Positions 39,259 to 48,430 of a DNA stretch of 64,000 nt are shown here, one piece after another (the first letter of the stretch is position 1; every line of letters starts with the position of its first letter). A program made the translations under genes and the position numbers. The stretch is from Candidatus Lloydbacteria bacterium (GTDB lineage: Bacteria > Patescibacteriota > Minisyncoccia > Phycocordibacterales > UBA6899). Below the pieces are notes generated by a model. That model worked only from the letters and a program-made list of their open reading frames with translations. It was not told where the DNA came from and ran no database searches. Where the stretch lies: positions 36,816-100,815 of the forward strand of contig JAYSTI010000051.1 in assembly GCA_043719805.1 (NCBI GenBank). The letters are read 5' to 3'.

Positions 39259-40110
39259 ATGAGTACATATCAACAGACATCAATATCAGTTGTAAAAAAT
39301 ACCGGTGAACGCGAGGCCTGGGACAGGGGCAAACTTGAACGTTCGCTTCGTTTTGCTAAAGCGCCAAATGAACTTATCGATGAAATCGTCTTACATGTTG
39401 AAAAGGACATCCACGACGGAATGCGTACTGTGGACATCTATGAACATGCGTTCGACCTTCTCAAGCGCTATCATCGCCCAGCCGCTGCAGAGTACAGCAT
39501 CAAAAGAGCCATCCAGCAGCTTGGACCGTCAGGATTTCCTTTCGAACGTTTCATCGCAAGAATTCTTGAAGCACAAGGATACGCCACGCGTGTCGGCGTT
39601 ATGGTTCGTGGTGTTTGCGTCACACACGAAGTAGATGTCGTCGCAGAAAAACAAGACGAGCGAATACTCGTTGAGGCAAAATTTCATAATTCAGCATCAA
39701 TAAAATCAGACGTTAAGGTGGCACTCTACGTGCACGCGCGATTCCAAGATATTCAAAAGAGGCTCGATTTGGAAGGGGACAAGGAACGCTATACTCATGC
39801 GTGGCTTATTACCAATACCGAGTTTACCTCCCAGGCGATTCAGTATGCAAATTGCGTTGGCATGGCGCTTACGGGATGGAATTATCCGAAGGGGCGTACC
39901 TTGCAAGACCTGATACAGGCGACACAGACTCATCCCGTTACTTGTATGACAACTCTTACCGACAGACAAAAAATTGAATTGCTTAATCATGGCACTGTCC
40001 TTTGCCGAGAGGTCATCGACGAGCCCTCTCGCCTGGCTAAGATCGGGATAGGGAAGCTGCAAATTGATTCTATCCTCTCAGAAGGGAGGTCGCTTTGTGC
40101 AATGAAGTAG
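39259..40110 (+). CDS. ATP-cone domain fused to Mrr-like (PD-(D/E)xK) restriction-endonuclease-fold domain
   Basis: N-terminal VVKNTGEREAWDRGKLERSL...IDEIVLHVEK (ATP-cone-like); HEVDVVAEKQDERILVEAKFH (D..E.K nuclease core). Confidence 0.6.
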   Translation: MSTYQQTSISVVKNTGEREAWDRGKLERSLRFAKAPNELIDEIVLHVEKDIHDGMRTVDIYEHAFDLLKRYHRPAAAEYSIKRAIQQLGPSGFPFERFIARILEAQGYATRVGVMVRGVCVTHEVDVVAEKQDERILVEAKFHNSASIKSDVKVALYVHARFQDIQKRLDLEGDKERYTHAWLITNTEFTSQAIQYANCVGMALTGWNYPKGRTLQDLIQATQTHPVTCMTTLTDRQKIELLNHGTVLCREVIDEPSRLAKIGIGKLQIDSILSEGRSLCAMK

Positions 40111-40166
40111 CAATTTGATTACTCCGTGTCTACCGTGCCGACTAAGGCTGTTGTCAACGCGTTTGA

Positions 40167-40703
40167 GTGGGGTATAATGGCAACCATATGGAACTATTTG
40201 CAGTATCGCAATGGGAAATAATTCTTCGTCTCACTGTTGCCGTCGTCCTTGGGCTCGTGGTGGGGGCTGAGCGTTCGCGCGTGGGAAAACGTGCCGGCAT
40301 GCGCACCTACGCGTTAGTTTGTCTTGGTGCTGCACTCTTTATCATTATTGCGGGAATGGTCTCAGTGCAATATGCCGATACTTTTGTTTTTGATCCGCTA
40401 CGCGTTGCCTCACAGGTTGTTGTCGGTATCGGCTTTCTCGGTGCGGGAGTTATCTATGTTCAGCGACAAGTGCTCACCGGGCTTACTACTGCGGCAGGTC
40501 TGTGGGTTGTCGCGGGTGTCGGCGCCGCCTGCGGATACGGTTTCTATCCGATAGCAACATACGTGACGTTTCTTACGCTAGTTGTCTTCGAGGGACTTTG
40601 GTATGTTGAGGAGCGATTCATTCGCACTGCACGAACAGATATCGAGACGGATTTTATTCAAAGTGCTACGCATGGCCAAAAACCGCATGAAGACGAAGGT
40701 TAG
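40167..40703 (+). CDS. MgtC/SapB-family membrane protein
   Basis: ILRLTVAVVLGLVVGAERSRVGKRAGMRTYALVCLGAALF. Confidence 0.75.
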   Translation: MGYNGNHMELFAVSQWEIILRLTVAVVLGLVVGAERSRVGKRAGMRTYALVCLGAALFIIIAGMVSVQYADTFVFDPLRVASQVVVGIGFLGAGVIYVQRQVLTGLTTAAGLWVVAGVGAACGYGFYPIATYVTFLTLVVFEGLWYVEERFIRTARTDIETDFIQSATHGQKPHEDEG

Positions 40704-41553
40704 AAAGGCGGTCATTGCAGTTGCGGGAAGCGGTACGCGTTTCTTGCCCGCAACAAAAGCTCAACCGAAGGAGATGCTGCCTATCGTCGACAAGCCCATT
40801 GTCCAGTATGTTGTCGAGGAATTGGTGGAAGCGGGAATAACAGACATAATTCTTGTAACGAAGTGGGACAAAAAAACTCTTGAGGACCACTTTGACCGCT
40901 CAATGGAATTGGAACACTCGCTTGAGCAGTCTGGAAAATTAAAAATGCTAAACGATATCCGCAAGATATCTTCAATGGCGAATTTTATTTACGTACGCCA
41001 AAAGGGCCCGTATGGCAACGGCACCCCGATACTTTCCGCTGCAAGTCTTTTGAACGACGAGCCATTCGTTTTTGCGTGGGGAGATGATCTCGTTCTTTCC
41101 AAAGAATCATTTACGAAGCAGCTTATCGACAACTACGAGACGCATTCCTCCCCAGTCATCGGAGTGCAAAAGGTGGATCGCGAGCACGTGAACCGCTACG
41201 GTATCGTGAAGCTCAAGAAAGGAACTCGTGAAATGGAGCATGTTGTCGAAAAGCCGAGTATTGAAACTGCGCCTTCACAACTCGCTCAATTCGGACGAAT
41301 GATACTCACGCCCGAGATTGTCCGCATTCTTCAAAAAACAAAACTGGGGAAGGGAGGGGAACTCTGGGTTACCGACGCCATCAGTGAATACATAAAACGC
41401 GGAGGCAAGTTCATGGTTGAAGAAGTAAGGGATGGGAAATGGCTTACGACGGGTGACCCGCTCAACTATCTTAAGGCTATGGTTGACTACGCATTGGTGC
41501 GCGAGGATTTGGGTGATGAATTTCGGGCATACCTGAAAGCATTGCATCTCTAA
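40672..41553 (+). CDS. galU: UTP--glucose-1-phosphate uridylyltransferase
   Basis: KAVIAVAGSGTRFLPATKAQPKEMLPIVDKPIVQYVVEE; overlaps mgtC-like 3' end by 32 nt. Confidence 0.85.
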   Translation: MAKNRMKTKVRKAVIAVAGSGTRFLPATKAQPKEMLPIVDKPIVQYVVEELVEAGITDIILVTKWDKKTLEDHFDRSMELEHSLEQSGKLKMLNDIRKISSMANFIYVRQKGPYGNGTPILSAASLLNDEPFVFAWGDDLVLSKESFTKQLIDNYETHSSPVIGVQKVDREHVNRYGIVKLKKGTREMEHVVEKPSIETAPSQLAQFGRMILTPEIVRILQKTKLGKGGELWVTDAISEYIKRGGKFMVEEVRDGKWLTTGDPLNYLKAMVDYALVREDLGDEFRAYLKALHL

Positions 41554-41661
41554 TTCTCCCTACCACATGCACTCAATAAACACTTGCGCACCTTCTCTTT
41601 TTTCAACGCCATTGCTTGGTGAATCTTGTGTTGCGGAATTCCTTTTCGTGGGAACAATTTT

Positions 41662-42678
41662 ATGACAAAAGACAGCTCGAAACATATTGTTGGTTTTTTC
41701 CCGGTTGCACTTGCACTTATCGGAAATTTTTTTGTCGCAATAATTAAATTTATCGGTTTTTTGATGTCAGGTTCCGGTGCAATGTTTTCTGAATCTGTGC
41801 ATAGTTTCGCGGATACACTGAATCAGGCGTTGCTTCTCCTGGGTATTCGCCGTTCAATGCGTCGCGCTGATGAGGAATTTTCGTATGGATACGGTAAAGA
41901 GCGTTTTTTTTGGGCGCTCATTTCTGCCTGCGGAATATTTTTCCTTGGCGCAGGAGTTACCGTATATCACGGCGTTGAATTACTTATAACAGGCGAGGTC
42001 CCCGAGCTCTCCCCGATGATATTTGTGATTCTTCTTGTTTCATTTGTCATTGAAACTCTTACGCTATATATCGCATGCCGTGAGTTAATGCGTGGTAACC
42101 ACAACCGCACATTTGCCGAATCCCTGCAGCATGGTGACCCCAGCACAATTGCAGTCCTTTATGAGGATGGGGTTGCCGTCATCGGAGTGCTCGTTGCACT
42201 CGTAAGCTTGATATTGACCGCGCTGACCGGCAATCCGGTTTGGGATGCACTTGGCTCGATACTCATTGGCATATTGCTTGGCGTCGTTGCCATAGTTCTT
42301 ATAAGAAAGAATCGTAAATATTTAATCGGGGTAAATATTCCTGACGAAATAAAAGAGCGCATCATTAAGATACTAGAGGCGGACCCTACTATTGACCGCG
42401 TGCTCGACTTCAAATCCTCAGTCCTCGATGTGGGCATCTACCACATTAAGTGCGAGGTGGAATTCAACGGGTCTGCCCTCATGAATGAAATTGTCAAAAG
42501 AGGCGAATTGCGCGAGGAATATGAGTCAATTCGTGACGATTATTCGGAGTTCTTGAAGCTTGTCGTCGGCTATTTCGGCAGAGTACCAAGACTCATGGGT
42601 TCTCACATCGACAAACTCGAAAAACGTGTCCAGAAAGAAATACCTGAGATAAAGCATATAGACATTGAAATTAATTAA
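41662..42678 (+). CDS. cation diffusion facilitator (CDF) family transporter
   Basis: HSFADTLNQALLLLG, six TM helices, C-terminal cytoplasmic domain. Confidence 0.8.
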   Translation: MTKDSSKHIVGFFPVALALIGNFFVAIIKFIGFLMSGSGAMFSESVHSFADTLNQALLLLGIRRSMRRADEEFSYGYGKERFFWALISACGIFFLGAGVTVYHGVELLITGEVPELSPMIFVILLVSFVIETLTLYIACRELMRGNHNRTFAESLQHGDPSTIAVLYEDGVAVIGVLVALVSLILTALTGNPVWDALGSILIGILLGVVAIVLIRKNRKYLIGVNIPDEIKERIIKILEADPTIDRVLDFKSSVLDVGIYHIKCEVEFNGSALMNEIVKRGELREEYESIRDDYSEFLKLVVGYFGRVPRLMGSHIDKLEKRVQKEIPEIKHIDIEIN

Positions 42679-42787
42679 TATAACTATCGTTATATCGATG
42701 GTGTAAGGTGTTTTCGCAAGCATTCGGTTACGCTTATCGGCAACCTCCTCGCATTTCACTAGTTATTTTCGTATACTGTTCATAAAT

Positions 42788-44257
42788 ATGGCACACTTAT
42801 TGTTCGGTCTGCTCAAATTTGTACTCGTATTAACAGTATTTACAGCCGCATATCAGTGGTGGCGACCTTTGCCCAACGAGCTTCTTCCGTCCTCAGTCGA
42901 ATATTCCGTGCCGGACGCGAGTGTGCATTTTCTTGCCGACTATACTTATGTCAACAAGGACGGAGTGCGTATCGTTGAGCAAAAAATCTGGGACAAGGCG
43001 TTCACACTGATTAGCGGTGCAAAACGTTTCATGCTTTTTGATTTCTATCTTTTCAATGATTTTCAACCTCGTATACCTGAGACGGCACGTGCGCTTTCGA
43101 CGGAGTTGGCGTTAAAAATTAGTGATAAACTTTCGATGAATAGGCACATTGCCACCGTGTTTATTACGGACCCCATTAACATGCTCTATGGCGGCGCACT
43201 ATCAGCCCAAATAATCATGATGAGAAAGGCTGGGGTCGTTGTCGTCGAAACAGATCTCTCTGTTCTCCGTGATCCAAATCTCCTATTTTCATCAATCTGG
43301 AGACCACTTATTTCATGGTGGGGAAACTCAGATACCGGTGGGTGGCTTCCTCATCCATTTCAGGACGGCGGGAATAAGGCCACACTCCGTACTTGGCTCA
43401 GCTTGTACAATCTCAAGGGAAATGAGCGAAACATCATGGTTGTCGATCAGGCCATCGGGAAGGCTGAGCGCGGTGAAATACACAAGATGGTTACCCTGGT
43501 GACTTCAGCAAATCCTGCCGACAGAGAAAGCGCAAACAGCAATGTGGCGCTTGTGGTCAGCGATAGTATTTGGAAAGATGTCGTCGAGGCAGGACGGCGT
43601 CTCGCGGAAGTATCTGGTTCAGCAATTGTTGGTTACGATTCTTCGCGCGTACTCGATGAAACAGGCTCAGTGCACGTGCAACTACTTACTGAGACGAAGA
43701 TACGAGAAACTGTGTTGCGCTTGCTGGAAAGTGCAAAACGCGGTGATGCATTCAATATTGCAATGTTTCACTTGAGTGAGCGAGACATCATCGCGGCAAT
43801 TATAGACGCCTCAAACAGGGGCGCGATTATACACATCATTCTTGACCCCGGTCAGGCAACATCAAGTAGCGTGTTTAATGGCATTCCGAATCGCCCCGTA
43901 GCGAGGGAGTTGACCGCCAAATCAATTGGCGGCATCACGGTACGCTGGTGTGATACTCACGGCGAAGAATGCCATGCCAATTTCTTTTCCGGGCAAACTG
44001 CATCTTCGTCGTTTTTGATGATTGGTTCCGCAAGTTTAACCAGAAGAGATCTCAACGGGTACAACCTCCAGGCGGACATTTTTGCGTGGTCGGACAAGCC
44101 GTTCACTGCATACAAAGACGGCATGAAGTATTTTGACCGCTTATGGAGCAATACGGACGGCATATTTACGACTTCCTATGATGTGTATGCTGACAATTCA
44201 ATATGGAAGTCTTCAATTTATCGCATGATGGAGAGGACAGGACTTAGCACCTTCTAA
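42788..44257 (+). CDS. membrane-anchored phospholipase-D-superfamily protein with both HKD motifs degenerate
   Basis: motif 1 ERNIMVVD (H-x-K-x4-D pattern with H to E, K to N); motif 2 HANFFSGQ...IGSASLTRR (K to N, D to Q). Confidence 0.5.
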   Translation: MAHLLFGLLKFVLVLTVFTAAYQWWRPLPNELLPSSVEYSVPDASVHFLADYTYVNKDGVRIVEQKIWDKAFTLISGAKRFMLFDFYLFNDFQPRIPETARALSTELALKISDKLSMNRHIATVFITDPINMLYGGALSAQIIMMRKAGVVVVETDLSVLRDPNLLFSSIWRPLISWWGNSDTGGWLPHPFQDGGNKATLRTWLSLYNLKGNERNIMVVDQAIGKAERGEIHKMVTLVTSANPADRESANSNVALVVSDSIWKDVVEAGRRLAEVSGSAIVGYDSSRVLDETGSVHVQLLTETKIRETVLRLLESAKRGDAFNIAMFHLSERDIIAAIIDASNRGAIIHIILDPGQATSSSVFNGIPNRPVARELTAKSIGGITVRWCDTHGEECHANFFSGQTASSSFLMIGSASLTRRDLNGYNLQADIFAWSDKPFTAYKDGMKYFDRLWSNTDGIFTTSYDVYADNSIWKSSIYRMMERTGLSTF

Positions 44258-44286
44258 TATTATTGTTGTGCTATAGTTGAATCAAT

Positions 44287-44991
44287 ATGAAAATACTTAT
44301 TAAATTGTCGGGTGAAAGTTTGAGTGGTTCAAACAAAGAGGGTGATAGGCAGTTCAGCGAACCGACGCTGGGAAATATTGTCGAGCAAATCAAGACGCTG
44401 CAATTTGCAAAACATCAGATTGCACTCGTCATCGGTGGAGGAAATTTATTTCGCGGGCACGAGCTCACCGGTAAACTTTCTATCGAGCGCCCGACGGCGG
44501 ACTACATCGGCATGCTCGCAACAGTACAAAATGCACTCATTCTTCGTGACTTTTTTGAATCCAAGGGTGTCGAGACGAGGGTTTCTTCGGCAATAACGAT
44601 GCCCCAGATTTGCGAAGGATACATTCCGAAACGTGTCGAACGACACATGAACAAAGGACGAGTAGTCATTTTTGCCGCAGGACTTGGTGCTCCGTACTTC
44701 ACCACCGATTCAACTTCGGTACAGCGCGCACTTGAAATGAAGGCAGATATTCTCATCATGGCCAAGAACGGTGTCGATGGTCTGTACACTGCCGACCCAG
44801 GAATCGACAAGAAGGCCGTATTCATCAAAGTGACGACCGCAAGCGAGGTCCTCGAGAAAAACCTCAAGGCAGCAGACCAGTCCGCAATTGCACTTGCAAA
44901 GGAGCATGGGCTTTTGATTAAGGTCATCGGTGTTCCCGACATTGCGCGCGCACTTGATCCGACCGTAGGCTCGATCATTAAACCGGAATAG
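44287..44991 (+). CDS. pyrH: uridylate (UMP) kinase
   Basis: ILIKLSGESL...LVIGGGNLFRG...TTDS. Confidence 0.9.
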   Translation: MKILIKLSGESLSGSNKEGDRQFSEPTLGNIVEQIKTLQFAKHQIALVIGGGNLFRGHELTGKLSIERPTADYIGMLATVQNALILRDFFESKGVETRVSSAITMPQICEGYIPKRVERHMNKGRVVIFAAGLGAPYFTTDSTSVQRALEMKADILIMAKNGVDGLYTADPGIDKKAVFIKVTTASEVLEKNLKAADQSAIALAKEHGLLIKVIGVPDIARALDPTVGSIIKPE

Positions 44992-44996
44992 ATTAC

Positions 44997-45362
44997 ATGA
45001 ACTACGAAGACGATTTTATCAGCGATGAAGATGACGGCGCAGCAGAGCTTCGCGCAGAGCTCATCAGCAACATCGAGTTGTGTCGTCTGGAAAACCAAGA
45101 ATATCCAAGCATCAATGGAGTTGAGCTTGAAGCGGCACTTCGGAATTATCTGGAGCTGAGTGATGCGCTGTCTTCGCTTAATGAGCATGAGGCGGAACAA
45201 TTCGCCGGCATTGAAAATGAGCTGCGCGTTCTGAACGTAAAGATTCATGAACTCACAAGAATTCTTAGCAGTGAACGCTTGGCGCGCCCGGCGACGACGA
45301 CCGAGAGTCAAGGTGAGGCGAATGAAGTTTTTGTATTTCCCGAGCACGCAACCTTAAATTAA
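44997..45362 (+). CDS. hypothetical acidic coiled-coil protein
   Basis: 121 aa, E/D/L-rich, no motif. Confidence 0.35.
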   Translation: MNYEDDFISDEDDGAAELRAELISNIELCRLENQEYPSINGVELEAALRNYLELSDALSSLNEHEAEQFAGIENELRVLNVKIHELTRILSSERLARPATTTESQGEANEVFVFPEHATLN

Positions 45363-45364
45363 AT

Positions 45365-45916
45365 ATGGAAACAGATATTGAACATGCGATAGTAATGATT
45401 GCCGAAGGTGGAGTCGGCGTACTTCCTACAGATACTATCTATGGACTTGTTGCGTCCGCATTCAACGTAGACGCAATCGATCGCATCTACGACCTGAAAC
45501 AGCGCGATTCCAAGAAGCCACTCATTGTTCTGATCTCAGATATTTTACAGCTTGAACAATTTGGTGTGGTCGTTTCTGATGCGTTAATCACAACGCTTGA
45601 AACATATTGGCCGGGTCCGTATTCGGTTATTCTTCCAACCGACGACGAGCAATTTGAATACCTTCACAGGGGAGCTAACACCATAGCCTTTCGCTTGCCC
45701 GACAACGAACAGCTACGGGAGGTCGTTAACGCCGTGGGTCCCATCGTTGCGCCGTCAGCAAACGTCGAGGGCATGCCTCCTGCAGGAACTACCCAAGAAG
45801 CACGTTCATATTTTGGTACCGATGTTGATTTTTATGTAGACGGAGATGAATTGCGAGGCAATCCTTCGACTATTATTTCATTCGATGGAGGCGAGGTGGT
45901 CATTGAACGGGAATAG
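45365..45916 (+). CDS. tsaC: L-threonylcarbamoyladenylate synthase (YrdC/TsaC domain)
   Basis: LPTDTIYGLVASAFNVDAIDRIYDLKQRDSKKPLIVLISD. Confidence 0.8.
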   Translation: METDIEHAIVMIAEGGVGVLPTDTIYGLVASAFNVDAIDRIYDLKQRDSKKPLIVLISDILQLEQFGVVVSDALITTLETYWPGPYSVILPTDDEQFEYLHRGANTIAFRLPDNEQLREVVNAVGPIVAPSANVEGMPPAGTTQEARSYFGTDVDFYVDGDELRGNPSTIISFDGGEVVIERE

Positions 45917-45958
45917 CACCCACTTGTGTGTCATATAAAAAATGGATAGTATGGCCAC

Positions 45959-46378
45959 ATGACTAGAGATGCAAAATCAACAATTATGATTATCGAAGAT
46001 GATGCAATGCTTACGAAAATGTTTGAGCATCTTTTTGGAGTTAATAACTATAATGTCGTAACTGCATGCGACGGCCAGGATGCTATCGAAAAATCGAAGA
46101 TCCTGTCACCACCAACCATTATCTTACTTGATCTCATGATGCCGCGCGTTGACGGTTTTGAAGTTTTGGCAGTTTTTAAACGAGATGAGGAGTGGAAGAG
46201 TGTTCCGATTGTTGTTTTTTCAAATTTGGGAGATGAGCCGGATATAGGAAGAGCGATTAAAATGGGAGCGGAGGAGTATATGATAAAGAGCCAGTTTAGT
46301 CCTAAGGAAGTTGTTGCGCGGATTAGTGAAATAATTGCAGTGCATGGCGCAGGCGGGCCAGCAGATAAAGTTTTTTAG
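45959..46378 (+). CDS. orphan single-domain response regulator (receiver only)
   Basis: IMIIEDDAML...IILLDLMMPRVDGFEVL...VVFSNL...MIKS. Confidence 0.75.
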   Translation: MTRDAKSTIMIIEDDAMLTKMFEHLFGVNNYNVVTACDGQDAIEKSKILSPPTIILLDLMMPRVDGFEVLAVFKRDEEWKSVPIVVFSNLGDEPDIGRAIKMGAEEYMIKSQFSPKEVVARISEIIAVHGAGGPADKVF

Positions 46379-46437
46379 CGAGCAAAGAAGAACGAGCTTC
46401 CCATTAATATATAAAGTATTGAATAATTTGTGTCACC

Positions 46438-48270
46438 ATGGCTATGCTAACCTCAACTGAAATTCGTTCACGGTTCCTGGCATTTTTCAAGGAACGCGGT
46501 CACGCCATCATACCGAGCGCACCGCTCATACCTCTTAATGATGCTTCGGTGCTTTTCAATACGGCAGGAATGCAGCCTCTGGTGCCCTATCTTCTTGGAG
46601 AGCCGCATCCGGCCGGAGTGCGTCTTGCAAACAGCCAAAAGTGCGTGCGCACACAAGACATTGAAGAGATCGGCGATAACACACACGATACGTTTTTTGA
46701 AATGTTGGGCAATTGGTCGTTGGGAGACTACTTTAAAAAAGAAGCCATAAATTGGAGTTATGAATTCCTTACATCAAAAGAATTGGGGCTCAGCCTTGAT
46801 CCAAATCGTCTTTACGTGACTGTTTTTGGTGGCAATACCGATGCACCGAGAGACGACGAGGCACACATGATATGGAAAGAAATTTTTGAAAATGCCGGAG
46901 TAATAGGGGAGCGCATCTACTTCATGACGGCGGATGTAAAGGGGAAGGAGCCAAATTGGTGGAGTGCCGGCGACTCTGGTCCGTGCGGTCCTGATACCGA
47001 AATGTTCTACGATGTTACGGGAAATCTCAACAAAGGAATGACTAAGGCAGAATACATGACTGCAGACGACAAACAGCATGTCGTCGAGATTTGGAATGAC
47101 GTATTCATGGAATATCTCAAGAAAGACGGAATGGTGGTCGGAAAGCTCGAGAAACAAAATGTGGACACGGGAAGTGGGCTTGAGCGCGTCACTATGGTAT
47201 CGCAAGGAAAGGACAATATTTTTGCAACGGATATGTTTTCTGGAATGATGAAGATCATTTCCGATAATGCATCCACATACAATGAACGCTCGGCGCGCAT
47301 CGTCGCTGACCATATTCGCACGTCAGTATTTCTTATTGCTGATGGCGTTACACCCTCAAATACCGACCAAGGATACATTTTGCGCCGTCTCTTAAGACGC
47401 GCAGTGCGCTACTCTGACGTCCTTGTACTCAGGGGGGGATTTGATGCGCTCATCGAGGAGGTGGCAAAAACATATGAAGGTGTATATGAAAATGTTTCCG
47501 CAAATCTCATGCAGATTAAAAAAGAGGTCAAGGATGAGGAGGAGCGATTCCGAAAAACGCTTACCGCTGGAATGAAGGAATTTGAACGATTTTCTCATGA
47601 AAAACGTATTTCTGGAACTGATGCTTTTATTTTGTTTTCTACATTCGGGTTTCCATTTGAACTCACTAAAGAACTTGCAGCAGAAAGAAACATAGAAATG
47701 ATGGAGGAGTATGATTTTTATGACCAAATGAAAAAACACCAGAATCTCTCTCGTGCAGGGTCGGAACAAAAATTTAAGGGTGGTCTTGCCGACGATTCCG
47801 CAGAGACAGTTCGTCTCCATACCGCACACCACCTGCTTCTACGCGCATTACAGATCGTACTGGGCCCCGACGTCCATCAACGTGGCTCAAATATCACCGG
47901 AGAGCGCTTGCGCATTGATTTTGCTTCTCCGGCAAAATTGACTGACGAACAGAAAAAGGCAGTGGAAGACATCGTCAATGAAAAAATTGCTGAAGATTTG
48001 CCGGTTATAAAAACTGAAATGACCCTTGAGGAGGCTGAAAAGCTCGGTGCAGAGCACGAGTTTGGCGCAAAGTATCCTGAGCGAGTCTCCGTTTACTCTG
48101 TCGGGCCAAAGGATGCGACTCCGGAGAATCCGCAACTCGACAAACGCTTCTCTGTGGAATTTTGTGGTGGGCCGCACGTCACCCACACCGGCGAATTAGG
48201 GAGGTTCCGCATCCTCAAAGAAGAGGCATCAAGCCAAGGTGTGCGCAGAATAAAGGCCATACTTGAATAG
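46438..48270 (+). CDS. alaS: alanyl-tRNA synthetase, short form (610 aa; lacks C-terminal extension)
   Basis: class II AlaRS N-terminus RSRFLAFFKERGHAIIPSAPLIP...LFNTAGMQPL; editing-domain HxxxH (HTAHHLLLRAL). Confidence 0.9.
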   Translation: MAMLTSTEIRSRFLAFFKERGHAIIPSAPLIPLNDASVLFNTAGMQPLVPYLLGEPHPAGVRLANSQKCVRTQDIEEIGDNTHDTFFEMLGNWSLGDYFKKEAINWSYEFLTSKELGLSLDPNRLYVTVFGGNTDAPRDDEAHMIWKEIFENAGVIGERIYFMTADVKGKEPNWWSAGDSGPCGPDTEMFYDVTGNLNKGMTKAEYMTADDKQHVVEIWNDVFMEYLKKDGMVVGKLEKQNVDTGSGLERVTMVSQGKDNIFATDMFSGMMKIISDNASTYNERSARIVADHIRTSVFLIADGVTPSNTDQGYILRRLLRRAVRYSDVLVLRGGFDALIEEVAKTYEGVYENVSANLMQIKKEVKDEEERFRKTLTAGMKEFERFSHEKRISGTDAFILFSTFGFPFELTKELAAERNIEMMEEYDFYDQMKKHQNLSRAGSEQKFKGGLADDSAETVRLHTAHHLLLRALQIVLGPDVHQRGSNITGERLRIDFASPAKLTDEQKKAVEDIVNEKIAEDLPVIKTEMTLEEAEKLGAEHEFGAKYPERVSVYSVGPKDATPENPQLDKRFSVEFCGGPHVTHTGELGRFRILKEEASSQGVRRIKAILE

Positions 48271-48344
48271 TGCGCTGCATTTATGTAAAAGAAATGCCAC
48301 TTTCTGAAGTGGTGCATTTCGCACGGCGGCATCGTCCTCGATGC

Positions 48345-48393
48345 TAGCGGCCAGCAGTCAGGGTGTGCGGAGAATTAAAGCAGTACTCGAATA
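48345..48393 (+). other. degenerate duplicate of the alaS 3' end
   Basis: agt cag ggt gtg cgg aga att aaa gca gta ctc gaa tag = SQGVRRIKAVLE* versus alaS C-terminus SQGVRRIKAILE* 75 nt upstream. Confidence 0.5.
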
Positions 48394-48430
48394 GCGCACA
48401 AGTAAATACCCACAGGCGGGAGGTATTTGT

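Noticed and set aside
44502-45347. 281-aa minus-strand ORF spanning pyrH and the following gene
   Set aside because: Overlaps confidently identified pyrH on the opposite strand and crosses a gene boundary; Arg/Leu/Ser-rich antisense composition
46774-47313. 179-aa minus-strand ORF inside alaS (and 47392-47832)
   Set aside because: Antisense to alaS catalytic-domain coding sequence
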